Counted from the stretch's first letter, positions 49,799 through 59,256 are shown. The stretch: DNA of 64,000 nt from Pseudomonadota bacterium (GCA_021781515.1 JAJXWR010000003.1:3370-67369), one strand, 5' to 3'. Numbers and translations: made by a program. Notes: generated by a model from the sequence alone, not told the origin.

Positions 49799-50248
49799 TT
49801 AAGGATTCAGTTGGCCTAGTGCCCGATCATAAATCAGATTCAGTATCCTTGAACAGATCTGTAGTTCCTCTTGTGGAATACCCGCCAGCAATTCTTCCCG
49901 AAACCTGTCCGCCACATGCTGCACCCGAGAGGCAATACCATGCGCCTGTTCGGTTAAAGCAATCCTTTTCGTTCGGCGGTCCTTATTATCAAGCATGCGT
50001 TGAATCCATCCCCGCTGTTCCATACGATCCAGCAGCCGCACCAACGTAGCCGCTTCAATTCCCAGGCGAAGTGCCAGATCACTCTGCGACAGCGCCCGCT
50101 CGGCACGCTTCAGTTCCAGCAGACATAACCATTGCGCCTGTGTCAATCCCAAGGGACGAAAACGGGCATCCAGCGCCTGCCGCCAGATTTTGCTGGTCAA
50201 TGTTAACTGCGGCCCTAATGAGTTACGTTGCACGACAGTCATATTCAC
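49799..50248 (-). CDS. MarR family transcriptional regulator
   Basis: 149 aa with LGLTQAQWLCLLEL, LALRLGIEAATLVRLLDRMEQRGWIQR and DRRTKRIALT (winged HTH). It is the first gene of a three-gene same-strand cluster. Confidence 0.85.
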   Translation of the reverse strand: MNMTVVQRNSLGPQLTLTSKIWRQALDARFRPLGLTQAQWLCLLELKRAERALSQSDLALRLGIEAATLVRLLDRMEQRGWIQRMLDNKDRRTKRIALTEQAHGIASRVQHVADRFREELLAGIPQEELQICSRILNLIYDRALGQLNP

Positions 50249-50645
50249 CCCTGCTCAGTTAGCCACCTCAGTGACCTGGAAAATTCTTTTTAACAGCATT
50301 CAATTGTTTTTTTGTTTTTGTTTTTCCAGAACCACCTTGTTTATACACACACTGGTTTTTACTGCGGTACGGCAAGAACACTCTACGTACCGGCCAGTTT
50401 TCAATGTGCTTCAGCTCAAGTTTCAGTATCCACCTGCAAACAGGCACAAACCCTGACCGGAATCAGCATTTCAGATTGTCTTACTTTACCAGAGTGTATA
50501 TCATCGGCCAACGCTTTATTTGAAGCGACTGGTGATTGTGCAGTTCTGCGATCTTTCCCTTGCGAACAGACAGGCTGGTTGCTGTTGGGCACGCCGCCAT
50601 AATGCGAACTATACTCACCCCACCTGTCCACTCTGGGAGCCACTG

Positions 50646-51146
50646 ATGCGCCAACTGCTGTTAACTAGCCTCTGCTTAGGCGCATGCCTGACTCTCCAAA
50701 GCATTCTGCCGGTTCACGCCGACGGCAGTGGCGGTTTTGATCCGGGACTCATTCCCGGCACCCTGTTTTCAGCAGGACGCACCGACACCACGCGTAGTGG
50801 TGGTTTGGGATCCGGGTATTTTCTTGACACCAATTACACCCGCAGTTTTGTCAACGCCGGCGTTGACTACAAAAACATGGGAACGGAATCCACAGGCAAT
50901 GTGTATGCGGGAATCGGCATCGCCAATATTCTTCAGCTTCAGGCGGGATATGGCAGCAAAGGCGCCGTGCAACGGTTGCGGCACGACTTTAACATGACCC
51001 AGGTCTATGATTTCCTCACAGACAACCACCGTTCTCCTTATAACATGACTATCGAAAACCGTATCACCTTTACCTTTGCCATAGAGCGCTACAATCAGCA
51101 TCAGGAACTGGATAATGCGTCTATCGGCCTAGGCCTCCTGTTTTAG
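50646..51146 (+). CDS. Small hypothetical outer-membrane/secreted protein
   Basis: The signal is MRQLLLTSLCLGACLTLQSILPVHA. The protein is G/Y/N-rich and ends in GLGLLF (C-terminal Phe), suggesting a small beta-barrel. Confidence 0.45.
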   Translation: MRQLLLTSLCLGACLTLQSILPVHADGSGGFDPGLIPGTLFSAGRTDTTRSGGLGSGYFLDTNYTRSFVNAGVDYKNMGTESTGNVYAGIGIANILQLQAGYGSKGAVQRLRHDFNMTQVYDFLTDNHRSPYNMTIENRITFTFAIERYNQHQELDNASIGLGLLF

Positions 51147-51158
51147 CCTGCTCAACCA

Positions 51159-52208
51159 ATGACTGAGCGCCTGTCTGCCTTTCAGATCCAGGATGCTATT
51201 GCGGCACTGATTGAACCGGTGCACAGCCGGGTGCAACTAACCACCGTAGGCTATGTAGAACACAAAAACCAGATTTACCCCCTCCCCCTCGTCTGCATGG
51301 GCAGTGCTGACCCTGCGGCCCCGGCAGTCGCCTATGTTGGTGGTGTCCATGGCCTTGAACGGATCGGCACTGAAGTAGTGCTGGCTTTTCTACGCTCACT
51401 GGTGGGGCGCATGCTCTGGGATAAAAGCCTTAATTTGTTGCTGGAACAGGTACATGTCGTTTTTATGCCCATGGTCAACCCGGTAGGACTGCAACAACGC
51501 CGCCGCAGTAATGGTAACGGCGTTGATCTGATGCGCAACGCCCCAGTGGACGCACTCAGTCGGGTTCCCTGGTTAATTGGCGGGCACCGGATTTCACCGC
51601 ATTTGCCCTGGTACCGGGGGGCGGCACACCGCCCTATGGAAACCGAAGCACAATCGCTCTGCCAGACCATGCAGGAGCAATTGTTTGGCCGACCGCTGGC
51701 TATTGCCATCGACTGTCATTCCGGATTTGGCCTACTCGACCGGATCTGGTTCCCTTTTGCCAGCCAGCATGCCCCGGCACCGCATCTGGCAGAAGCCTTT
51801 GCCTTGCGTAAACTGTTCAATGATACCTATCCGCAGCATAGCTTCTACCGGATGGAACCTCAATCGGTCATTTATTGTACCCATGGCGATCTGTGGGATT
51901 ACCTGTACCAACAGCATCTGCAACAACATCTGCAACCGCAGCAGGCTACTTTTCTGCCTTTCACCCTGGAAATGGGATCTTGGACATGGGTGCAGAAAAA
52001 CCCCAGTCAACTGTTTAGTTTATTTGGTCATTTTAACCCGGTACTGCCGCACCGACTGGAACGGGTACTGCGTCGACATCTGACACTGCTCAATTTCTTA
52101 CTGCAGGCCGCCGCCGCTGGCCCGGCCTGGCTGCCCGATGGACCCATGCGCACCCGCTATACCCTGGCGGCACTTGAGCGCTGGTATCCAGATCACCGTG
52201 GTTTTTGA
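51159..52208 (+). CDS. M14-family zinc carboxypeptidase-like protein (DUF2817-like)
   Basis: Contains VGGVHGLERIG (Zn-binding HxxE), FMPMVNPVG and NGVDLMRN. No signal peptide is evident. Confidence 0.65.
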   Translation: MTERLSAFQIQDAIAALIEPVHSRVQLTTVGYVEHKNQIYPLPLVCMGSADPAAPAVAYVGGVHGLERIGTEVVLAFLRSLVGRMLWDKSLNLLLEQVHVVFMPMVNPVGLQQRRRSNGNGVDLMRNAPVDALSRVPWLIGGHRISPHLPWYRGAAHRPMETEAQSLCQTMQEQLFGRPLAIAIDCHSGFGLLDRIWFPFASQHAPAPHLAEAFALRKLFNDTYPQHSFYRMEPQSVIYCTHGDLWDYLYQQHLQQHLQPQQATFLPFTLEMGSWTWVQKNPSQLFSLFGHFNPVLPHRLERVLRRHLTLLNFLLQAAAAGPAWLPDGPMRTRYTLAALERWYPDHRGF

Positions 52209-52246
52209 CACCCGACACACCCCTGAATAATCCCTTGGTCGTGCAA

Positions 52247-52275
52247 TTGTCATAAATATGTAGTCATTTTGTCAC
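52247..52275 (+). promoter_or_regulatory. Pho-box-like array upstream of the TonB-dependent receptor operon
   Basis: TTGTCAT-AAAT-ATGTAGT-CATT-TTGTCAC: three 7-mers at exact 11-bp phasing. The consensus is CTGTCAT-AWAW-CTGTCAY. A TACATT -10-like hexamer (52287-52292) lies 11 nt downstream, and no -35 is evident, as expected for PhoB-type promoters. Confidence 0.4.
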
Positions 52276-52342
52276 AATATTTCGCTACATTTCTGCGGCT
52301 TTTGCACCTTCGTATTGATGTAGGTCATTTTATTTTTTTACA

Positions 52343-52378
52343 TCACTTTTTTGGGGAATCTCACTTTTTTGGGGAATC
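52343..52378. repeat. Perfect 18-bp tandem duplication (TCACTTTTTTGGGGAATC x2) in the receptor leader
   Basis: Units at 52343-52360 and 52361-52378, ending 1 nt before the AAGGAG SD of the receptor gene. Confidence 0.95.
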
Positions 52379-52391
52379 AAGGAGCTTCAAG

Positions 52392-54641
52392 ATGTCAACC
52401 AGCCACTATCGCCTGCAATTTTTCGTCAGGATGGCGTTATCAGGCCTAATCAGCCTCAGCGCACAGACTTACGCTGATTCCAATCCCTCTGTGGATCTGG
52501 GCACTGTACAAAACGATGCCGGTGACATGAATAACCATGCGACCGAAGATACACACAGCGAATCAGCCCCGGCTCAGGCCCCAACGCAGGCATCGCTCTC
52601 GGAAACCGAGCCGGCCTCCATTATCTCCCGGCATTATATTGAAGAAAACGCCGGACCCGGTTCAAACTACACGGATATTGTCAGTATTGCACCCAGCGTC
52701 TGGAACGTTGACCCCAATGGCAATGGCCTGATGGAATCGCAAGGTCTGAGCATCCGCGGATTTCAGGACGGGCAGTACAATGTGACGTTTGATGGCATTC
52801 CCATTGGCGACTCCAATGATTTTACCCACCATTCGACCTCGTATTTTATGCCGCAGGATTTGGGAGCCATTACCGTGGACCGAGGTCCTGGCAGTGCGGC
52901 GACCATTGGTGACGCCACTTTTGGCGGGACGATTGCCAATACCACCAAAGATCCTTCAGCCGTCGCTGGCCTCAGTCCCTATCTAAGTTACGGCAGTTTC
53001 AATACGCGTCTGATTGGTGGTGAGTTTGATTCCGGTACCTTACAAAACTGGGGGGATGCCTCCGCCTACATGGACGTCAAACAGTTGAGCTCCGATGGCT
53101 ATCTGAGCAACTCCAATCAACGTCGTACCAATGCGTTGTTCAAGCTGCTCAAACCCCTGAATGACAGCACCGTGCTGACGCTCATGGGCATGTACAACGA
53201 TCTGAACCAGAATGTTCCGCTCGGTGCCACACTGACACAGATGGCGGCCTACGGCAATAATTTCGGACTGTCCAGCAACCCGAACAGCCAGACCTTCTCC
53301 GGCTACAACATGGACAAAATCAGTGGGGATATGTCGTACATCGGCATTAACACCGTACAGAATTCTTGGACAATTGATAACAAACTCTACACTTTTGGCT
53401 ATCGGCATCATGGTTATAACGGCAATGACCTGAGTCAGACCTTTGCCATGGAATCCACTGGCCCTAACAAAGATCTGGGAACCACCTGGGGCGCTACTGA
53501 TGTTCCCGGGCAAGCGATGACCATGATGTACCGCTCCGTCGGCGATACCCTGCGAGCCTCTGATCATCTGGCTGCCGGTGATCTGAACGTTGGCCTCTGG
53601 TACGATCATCAAGACAACAGTCGTTCGCAGTTTGAAGTGGATTACACCCTGGGACAGGCGCTGAACCCCGGTGGGTCAGCCAGTGCGCCCAATCCTTTAT
53701 CGGCGGCAACGGATCGTCTGATGACCGACACGCTGGACACCCTGCAGCCGTATGCCGAGTTCGCCTGGAAAGCCACCGAGGCGTTGACAATACGTCCTGG
53801 CCTGAAATACGTTTCCTTCACCCGGCATGTCAATGCCCCGGTGGACCAGGGCACCAAACAGTCGCTGGACTACAGCCACACCTGGTCACAGGCGCTGCCT
53901 TCCCTGGATATACATTATCAACTGACTCGCCACTGGATTACCTATGCACAAGCCTCCGAAGGCTTTTTAGCACCTAACCTGAATACGTTTTATACGGCCA
54001 CTCCTGGATCCAGTGACTTGAAGGCTCAAAGTACGCAGAACTATCAGTGGGGAACGGTCTATAAAACCCAGCGATTCACCGGTGATTTTGATCTGTATTA
54101 TATTCGTTTTGCGAACCAGATACTGAGTCAGAACAATAATTCCAATCCAAACAACATCATTTTTTATAACTCCAATGGAGCAACCCATTACAAAGGTGTA
54201 GAAGCTGAAGGAACCTATTATCTGGGCAGTGGATTCAGTCTGTACAGCAACGGCTCAGTCAACAGTGCCCACGATAGCGCTGGCAACTGGCTACCCAATG
54301 CCCCGATCCGAACCATGGCTAACGGCCTGACCTATGACCGCAATGGCCTTTACCTGTCGCTGCTGGACAAGTTTATCGGCCAGATTCACAGCCCGGATAC
54401 CGGAACACTTTACCCGAACGGCGCTAATTTTAGCGGCACCCTTGGGGGATTCTCGACCGCCAGCCTGACGACCAGCTACAGTTTCGGTAAAGATCAGGCG
54501 ACCCGAGTCAGTGTTCAGGTGGATAATCTGTTCAATCATTCCGGATTGTATATGACCAATGGCACTGGTACTAACGGCGACGTCATTTTCTGGAGTATCC
54601 CAGGGCGCGCATTAACGCTGTCGATGAATACAAAAATCTAA
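52392..54641 (+). CDS. TonB-dependent outer-membrane receptor
   Basis: The ATG at 52392 follows an AAGGAG SD. The signal is MSTSHYRLQFFVRMALSGLISLSAQTYA. Plug motifs are LSIRGFQDGQYNVTFDGIPIGD, followed by a long beta-barrel with HYKGVEAEG. Confidence 0.9.
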   Translation: MSTSHYRLQFFVRMALSGLISLSAQTYADSNPSVDLGTVQNDAGDMNNHATEDTHSESAPAQAPTQASLSETEPASIISRHYIEENAGPGSNYTDIVSIAPSVWNVDPNGNGLMESQGLSIRGFQDGQYNVTFDGIPIGDSNDFTHHSTSYFMPQDLGAITVDRGPGSAATIGDATFGGTIANTTKDPSAVAGLSPYLSYGSFNTRLIGGEFDSGTLQNWGDASAYMDVKQLSSDGYLSNSNQRRTNALFKLLKPLNDSTVLTLMGMYNDLNQNVPLGATLTQMAAYGNNFGLSSNPNSQTFSGYNMDKISGDMSYIGINTVQNSWTIDNKLYTFGYRHHGYNGNDLSQTFAMESTGPNKDLGTTWGATDVPGQAMTMMYRSVGDTLRASDHLAAGDLNVGLWYDHQDNSRSQFEVDYTLGQALNPGGSASAPNPLSAATDRLMTDTLDTLQPYAEFAWKATEALTIRPGLKYVSFTRHVNAPVDQGTKQSLDYSHTWSQALPSLDIHYQLTRHWITYAQASEGFLAPNLNTFYTATPGSSDLKAQSTQNYQWGTVYKTQRFTGDFDLYYIRFANQILSQNNNSNPNNIIFYNSNGATHYKGVEAEGTYYLGSGFSLYSNGSVNSAHDSAGNWLPNAPIRTMANGLTYDRNGLYLSLLDKFIGQIHSPDTGTLYPNGANFSGTLGGFSTASLTTSYSFGKDQATRVSVQVDNLFNHSGLYMTNGTGTNGDVIFWSIPGRALTLSMNTKI

Positions 54642-54660
54642 CTAAGTACAATATGTTATA

Positions 54661-54689
54661 CAGATTGCCCACCTTGCGTGGGCAATCTG
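54661..54689 (+). other. Perfect 12-bp stem-loop between the receptor gene and exbB
   Basis: CAGATTGCCCAC (54661-54672), loop CTTGC, GTGGGCAATCTG (54678-54689). No clear U-tract follows, so it may be an attenuator or mRNA-stabilising element rather than a full terminator. Confidence 0.5.
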
Positions 54690-54732
54690 GATTCTGGCAA
54701 GCGTATTATTTCATTTAATTAAGGAACACTTC

Positions 54733-55398
54733 ATGACACTTATGCACCTTAAGCATTTAGCCGAGGCCTCCGGCGGCATTTTATACCTCATGGCCATCCT
54801 GTTGTTGATTGCGCTGACTGTCGTTATTGAACGTAGCTGGTACCTGTACCAAGCGCTGCATGCCGGTCAGGCGTTGATGTTGTCTCTGGATGAATCTCAC
54901 ACTGCCAGTGTGCAATCCCTGCAACAACTCAGCTTAAGTTATCAAGGCATGCCACATGAACGTCTGCTGAAAACCGCCATTATCTTGAGGCAGGAACCTG
55001 ATGCCGAACACGAGGACGCCCGTATGGAAGAATCCATCATGCGGGAGATTCCCCATATCGATCGTTTTCTCTGGATGCTCGACACCATTGTCACCCTGGC
55101 ACCACTGCTCGGTCTCCTGGGAACCATCATTGGCATGTTCAGTGCGTTTTCAGTACTGGCCGATGCCAACAATGCGCCGACGCAAGTCACGGGTGGAGTG
55201 GCGGAAGCCCTGATTGCAACGGCCTGTGGCCTGTTCATTGCCATTCTGGGTCTGGTCGCCTTTAACGGCCTGAATAATCGGGTACGGGTCATCATGCACC
55301 AGTTGGAAACCGTCAAACTGATGTTACTCAACCGGGTCAAACAACCAAAACGCAACCGCCAGTCCGACAACGAAAAGATGGCCGCCGAGGTGTTCTGA
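54733..55398 (+). CDS. exbB: MotA/TolQ/ExbB proton-channel protein
   Basis: 221 aa with three TM segments and LGLLGTIIGMF...GGVAEALIATACGL, the ExbB/TolQ signature. Confidence 0.9.
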   Translation: MTLMHLKHLAEASGGILYLMAILLLIALTVVIERSWYLYQALHAGQALMLSLDESHTASVQSLQQLSLSYQGMPHERLLKTAIILRQEPDAEHEDARMEESIMREIPHIDRFLWMLDTIVTLAPLLGLLGTIIGMFSAFSVLADANNAPTQVTGGVAEALIATACGLFIAILGLVAFNGLNNRVRVIMHQLETVKLMLLNRVKQPKRNRQSDNEKMAAEVF

Positions 55399-55401
55399 AC
55401 C

Positions 55402-55803
55402 ATGCGCTATTTTGAAGTACGCAAAGCCCGCATTGAAATTATTCCAATGATAGATATCATGTTTTTTTTGCTGATATTTTTCATTATGTTTACTCTGCAC
55501 ATGATTCCTTCCAAAGGACTCAGTTCCAGTCTGGCCAGCAGTTCCACCACAACGGCTTTGCCACATCCGCAGGTTATTGTCAGCCTGAATACGCAAGGAC
55601 TCATTGAGGTCAATAATCAATCGCTGAGTCCGCTGCAATTAACCCAGTATCTGCAACGGGGGCCGGGAAATCCTCGGGATACTATTGTCACCATTGCTGG
55701 AGCCCGTGATACCTCTTTACAACATCTGATGACAGTCATGGATGCCTGTCGCCAGGCCGGAGTTACCCAAATTGGTCTTGCCGCCCGTGAAATCCATCCT
55801 TAA
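55402..55803 (+). CDS. exbD: Biopolymer transport protein ExbD/TolR
   Basis: 133 aa with IEIIPMIDIMFFLLIFF (N-terminal TM with the conserved Asp) and a periplasmic domain. Confidence 0.9.
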   Translation: MRYFEVRKARIEIIPMIDIMFFLLIFFIMFTLHMIPSKGLSSSLASSSTTTALPHPQVIVSLNTQGLIEVNNQSLSPLQLTQYLQRGPGNPRDTIVTIAGARDTSLQHLMTVMDACRQAGVTQIGLAAREIHP

Positions 55804-56479
55804 AGCAAATCTGTCCCGGGCCGCCTTACTGGCCTGCATGATTGAAGCCGGAATGCTGGCCGGGTTAGTCTGGGCCATGGCGCAGGCACACCCCCACACA
55901 GAACCACCGACCATCAAAGTCATGCTCAGTTTTCCGGTACTGCCAACACCGGTAAAACCAGAAACTCCGCCGCCACCCAAACCGGTGATCCGGCATGCGG
56001 TGCATCCGGCAATACAGCCGCAGCAAGCGCAACCCCGACCACAACCACTACTGCCACCGCTACCGCAGGACCCCACTCCCGTCAGCCAGCCCAAACCCCC
56101 GCCGGTCACAGCAGCGCCTGTCTCGACCCCACAAGTGACGGCCCCTGTGACCCCGCCTGCACCGGTGCAACCCGATCCCCATCTGCTGGCAACGTTTAAC
56201 GAGCAGGTACTGGGAGCCATTCAGTCCGCAGTAAACTATCCGCTGGCAGCGCGGATGGCACATATGCACGGCCGCACCCGGGTTGGTTTCACCTATCTCG
56301 ATGGAGTGGTCAGCAATGTCACCGTCATTACGACCTCGGGCTATCGCTTACTGGATGATGCCGCCATTCAGGCGGTGATGACGGCGCACTACCCGACCCC
56401 CCCCGCAAACCTGCGATCCAGACCCTTACCCTTCAGCCTCTGGGTCAACCATGAATTACGTAATGAGGAAGATGATTAG
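55787..56479 (+). CDS. tonB: Energy transducer TonB
   Basis: A GTG start (VKSILKANLSRAALLAC..., TM anchor) overlaps the exbD end. It has a long Pro-rich spacer (PVKPETPPPPKPV...) and a C-terminal TonB_C block (YPLAARMAHMHGRTRVGFTY...GYRLLDDAAIQAV). Confidence 0.8.
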   Translation: MKSILKANLSRAALLACMIEAGMLAGLVWAMAQAHPHTEPPTIKVMLSFPVLPTPVKPETPPPPKPVIRHAVHPAIQPQQAQPRPQPLLPPLPQDPTPVSQPKPPPVTAAPVSTPQVTAPVTPPAPVQPDPHLLATFNEQVLGAIQSAVNYPLAARMAHMHGRTRVGFTYLDGVVSNVTVITTSGYRLLDDAAIQAVMTAHYPTPPANLRSRPLPFSLWVNHELRNEEDD

Positions 56480-57985
56480 ATGTTTTTTATATTTTTACAC
56501 CGTTGGCAAGATCAACCGTTGCACCGCCTGCGCAGTGCATTTTACGCCACTCTCCTGAGCATATTCAGCACAGGCTTTGCGCTTGCTGCCCCATTCCAGC
56601 ACGTACTTCTGCTCAGTGTTGATGGTCTGCATGCAGAAGATCTACAATGGGTACTGCAACAGCAACCGCACTCCCAACTGGCGCAATGGGCGGCGCAAGG
56701 CACAGTGTTCAGTGAAGCCCGTACACCGGTCCCGGCCGATTCATTTCCCGGTCTGGCCGCCTTGCTAACTGGCGCACCGCCTGCAGTGACTGGCCTCTGG
56801 TACGATGTTGCTTATGACCGGCAGTTATCTCCCCCGGGTTCTGACTGTACAACGCACGGCACTATTGTCCGTTATGATGAAACCATTGACGGCGCCAATG
56901 GCGGACTCAATCCAGAATTATTGCCCCGTGACCCGGCTCAGCACTGCCAACCGGTATTTCCGCATCAGTTTCTTCTGGTCAATTCTGTATTCGATGTTTT
57001 GCATCAGCAGCATTTACCAACGGCGTGGATGGACAAACACCCCGCTTATGAATTTGTATCAGGGCATCAGGGAAATGCAGTGGATGACCTGTATACACCG
57101 GAAATTGGGGCCAATTATGAAGGCAAGACCACACTGAACAATCAGATCGCCCGTTCACTCGATAAGACAGAGCAGTATGATGCCGACAAAATCCACGCAT
57201 TAATGCAACAACTGCAAGGTCAAGGACATGACGGCCAGCACCCGGGCCCCGTACCGGCCCTGCTGGGTCTCAACCTGCAGGCAGTCAGCGTAGCCCAGAA
57301 ATTATATGGTTACCTACCACATCGCCTTCCCTCGCCGGCACTGGCACAAGCATTATTGGCTACAGACGCCTTACTGAGGCAACTACAGGACACGTTGAGT
57401 GCCCAACACCTGGATGCAGCGACCCTGATCATTGTCACCGCCAAACACGGCAACAGCCCCATCAATAGCCAGAAAATCCGCCACATTGAGGAAAAACAGT
57501 TAAGGGCTGCCATAGAAAGTGCCGCTCCTGGCGCACTGGTTCACCTGATCGCCGATGATGGAGCCCTGATCTGGCTCAAATCAGCAACGGCCAGACCCGC
57601 CGTCATGCAGTACCTGAAACAGCACCACCAACAGCTCGGTATTCACCGGGTACTGGACAGCCAAGGGACTGTTTTACATTGGCCTGCCAACAATCGCACC
57701 CCTGATCTGGTGCTTGAAGCCGATTACGGGGTTATTTATGGGGCCGCACACACCCGGAAAAAAGCCGAACATGGCGGCTTCAACGACGAAGACCGCCATG
57801 TGGCGCTACTGATCCGGGACGGCTACCCTGCGCAACAAATCCACCAATCGGTCAGCACACTACAAGTCGCACCCACCATCCTGAGCGCCTTGGGGCTTAA
57901 TCCTGAAGCGCTAGATTCGGTGCAGCAGCACCTCTGTCGAAATTTACCTGCACTGCACTGGATACCCCCTGCGAGAATCGACTAG
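56480..57985 (+). CDS. Alkaline-phosphatase-superfamily protein (nucleotide pyrophosphatase/phosphodiesterase-like), secreted
   Basis: The ATG directly abuts the tonB stop (TAGATG). After a signal-like segment come VLLLSVDGLHAEDL and PADSFPGLAALLTGAPPAVTG (metal/nucleophile region of the NPP/AP fold), and later TAKHGNSP and EHGGF. Confidence 0.7.
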   Translation: MFFIFLHRWQDQPLHRLRSAFYATLLSIFSTGFALAAPFQHVLLLSVDGLHAEDLQWVLQQQPHSQLAQWAAQGTVFSEARTPVPADSFPGLAALLTGAPPAVTGLWYDVAYDRQLSPPGSDCTTHGTIVRYDETIDGANGGLNPELLPRDPAQHCQPVFPHQFLLVNSVFDVLHQQHLPTAWMDKHPAYEFVSGHQGNAVDDLYTPEIGANYEGKTTLNNQIARSLDKTEQYDADKIHALMQQLQGQGHDGQHPGPVPALLGLNLQAVSVAQKLYGYLPHRLPSPALAQALLATDALLRQLQDTLSAQHLDAATLIIVTAKHGNSPINSQKIRHIEEKQLRAAIESAAPGALVHLIADDGALIWLKSATARPAVMQYLKQHHQQLGIHRVLDSQGTVLHWPANNRTPDLVLEADYGVIYGAAHTRKKAEHGGFNDEDRHVALLIRDGYPAQQIHQSVSTLQVAPTILSALGLNPEALDSVQQHLCRNLPALHWIPPARID

Positions 57986-57998
57986 ACCCTATGCCGCA

Positions 57999-58436
57999 TC
58001 AAGGTAAAGACAACACGACCTTCACCGAACTATCGACACTGGCTTTGTCCACATACCCCAGGGTATTCGGATTTTTACTGACAACTTCGATCATTTCCTT
58101 ATCAGAAAGCAGTTGCTTAGGCGGCTGCCATAAGTCATGCGCTATTGCATGAGACCAGAGATGCCGCATTTTCTTCAACGATTTTTTAGCCACTTTTCCG
58201 TAAAAAACCGCCTCGGTTTTTTCACTGTTATCCAGGGGAATAACCGTCACGCCTTTCGCCGTCTGTGTCATTTTTCCTAAATAAAGATCTTTCACCTGCT
58301 GCATGTTGACTTCACCAATATCACTTTGTGCGCCAGTGATAACTACCAGTTCCGCTCGGGCAACCGCACTGGTTGCCCACAGTGCCCCAATCAATGCGCT
58401 CATGACCCATGTACGTTGCATGCAAAAATTCCTCAT
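57999..58436 (-). CDS. Short PstS-like periplasmic binding-domain protein
   Basis: 145 aa with a signal peptide (MSALIGALWATSAVARA). LVVITGAQSDIGEVNMQQVKDLYLGK...IPLD...NPNTLGYVD resembles the short PBP-like proteins annotated as phosphate-binding. Confidence 0.6.
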   Translation of the reverse strand: MRNFCMQRTWVMSALIGALWATSAVARAELVVITGAQSDIGEVNMQQVKDLYLGKMTQTAKGVTVIPLDNSEKTEAVFYGKVAKKSLKKMRHLWSHAIAHDLWQPPKQLLSDKEMIEVVSKNPNTLGYVDKASVDSSVKVVLSLP

Positions 58437-58506
58437 TCAGCAATAGTTGGTGTACTTTTATACCGATTGGTAATTCAAAGTTCATTGTAGTTCAATTCCC
58501 GGGAAA

Positions 58507-59247
58507 TTAGCAAAGTGATGCTGATAAACTGCTCAGTAAACTGGCCAGCGCCCACTCCACTCGCAGAATGCGCGGGCCCAGTCCGAGCGGATGGACCCCC
58601 TGTGCGGCCAACAGGGCCAGTTCAAAAGGCACCCATCCTCCTTCCGGGCCGATACAAATCAAGCTTTTCTGTAATTGCGTACCTTGCTGAGCAGGTGGAA
58701 ACATCCGGCAAGGGGCCGCTTTGGGATCGGCCACCCAGGCCGTGCGATCACCCAGTAATGCCGGCAATTCATCCTCGACAAAGGGACGAAAGCGCCGACG
58801 TAGTTCTACACTGGGCAGCACGGTGTCGCGTACCTGCGACAGTCCCTCCACCAACTGGTCATAAATTGCGGTTGGTTCCAGCCACGGAGTGGACCAAAAA
58901 CTTTTCTCTACCCGCGCCGAATGAATCAGGTAGAGTGATTTAACCCCGAATCCTGCCGTCATCTGCAGCACCCGTTTCAACAATTTTGGCCGGGGCAAGG
59001 CCAGTACCAGGATCACCGGTAATGCGGGTGGGGGCAGACTATCCAGAGAAAAGTCCAGTTCGTATTGCTGTCCTGCGACACAGGCACGGATCCGTGCCGT
59101 ACCCATCAGGCCATTGATCTGCCCCACCCGCAAGTGGTCACCGCATTGCAGGCGCAATACATCGCCGATATGCTGCGCTCGTTTGCCAGTAATGACCGCC
59201 TTTTGAGGCGCTATACAGTCGGCCTCACTAAACAGCAGCAGATTCAC
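58507..59247 (-). CDS. rsmE: 16S rRNA (uracil1498-N3)-methyltransferase
   Basis: 246 aa with a PUA-like N-terminus (HIGDVLRLQCGDHLRV) and a SPOUT C-terminus (ICIGPEGGWVPFE...LGPRILRVE). Confidence 0.88.
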   Translation of the reverse strand: MNLLLFSEADCIAPQKAVITGKRAQHIGDVLRLQCGDHLRVGQINGLMGTARIRACVAGQQYELDFSLDSLPPPALPVILVLALPRPKLLKRVLQMTAGFGVKSLYLIHSARVEKSFWSTPWLEPTAIYDQLVEGLSQVRDTVLPSVELRRRFRPFVEDELPALLGDRTAWVADPKAAPCRMFPPAQQGTQLQKSLICIGPEGGWVPFELALLAAQGVHPLGLGPRILRVEWALASLLSSLSASLC

Positions 59248-59256
59248 ACCAATGCC

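Noticed and set aside
52240-52295. Fur box upstream of the TonB-dependent receptor
   Set aside because: The AT-rich region aligns poorly with GATAATGATAATCATTATC. The 11-bp-phased TGTCA(T/C) direct repeats fit a Pho box better, and the operon encodes phosphoesterase and PstS-like functions rather than siderophore functions.
52269-52391. N-terminal extension of the TonB-dependent receptor ORF. Similar extensions occur for ORFs 13877, 15204..16349, 25957..26838, 35894..36472, 37393..39183, 43563, 45325, 50520 and 59257..60735.
   Set aside because: The internal starts give proper signal peptides or lipoboxes or conserved N-termini, often with an SD. The extensions begin at non-ATG codons or overlap neighbouring genes or repeats.
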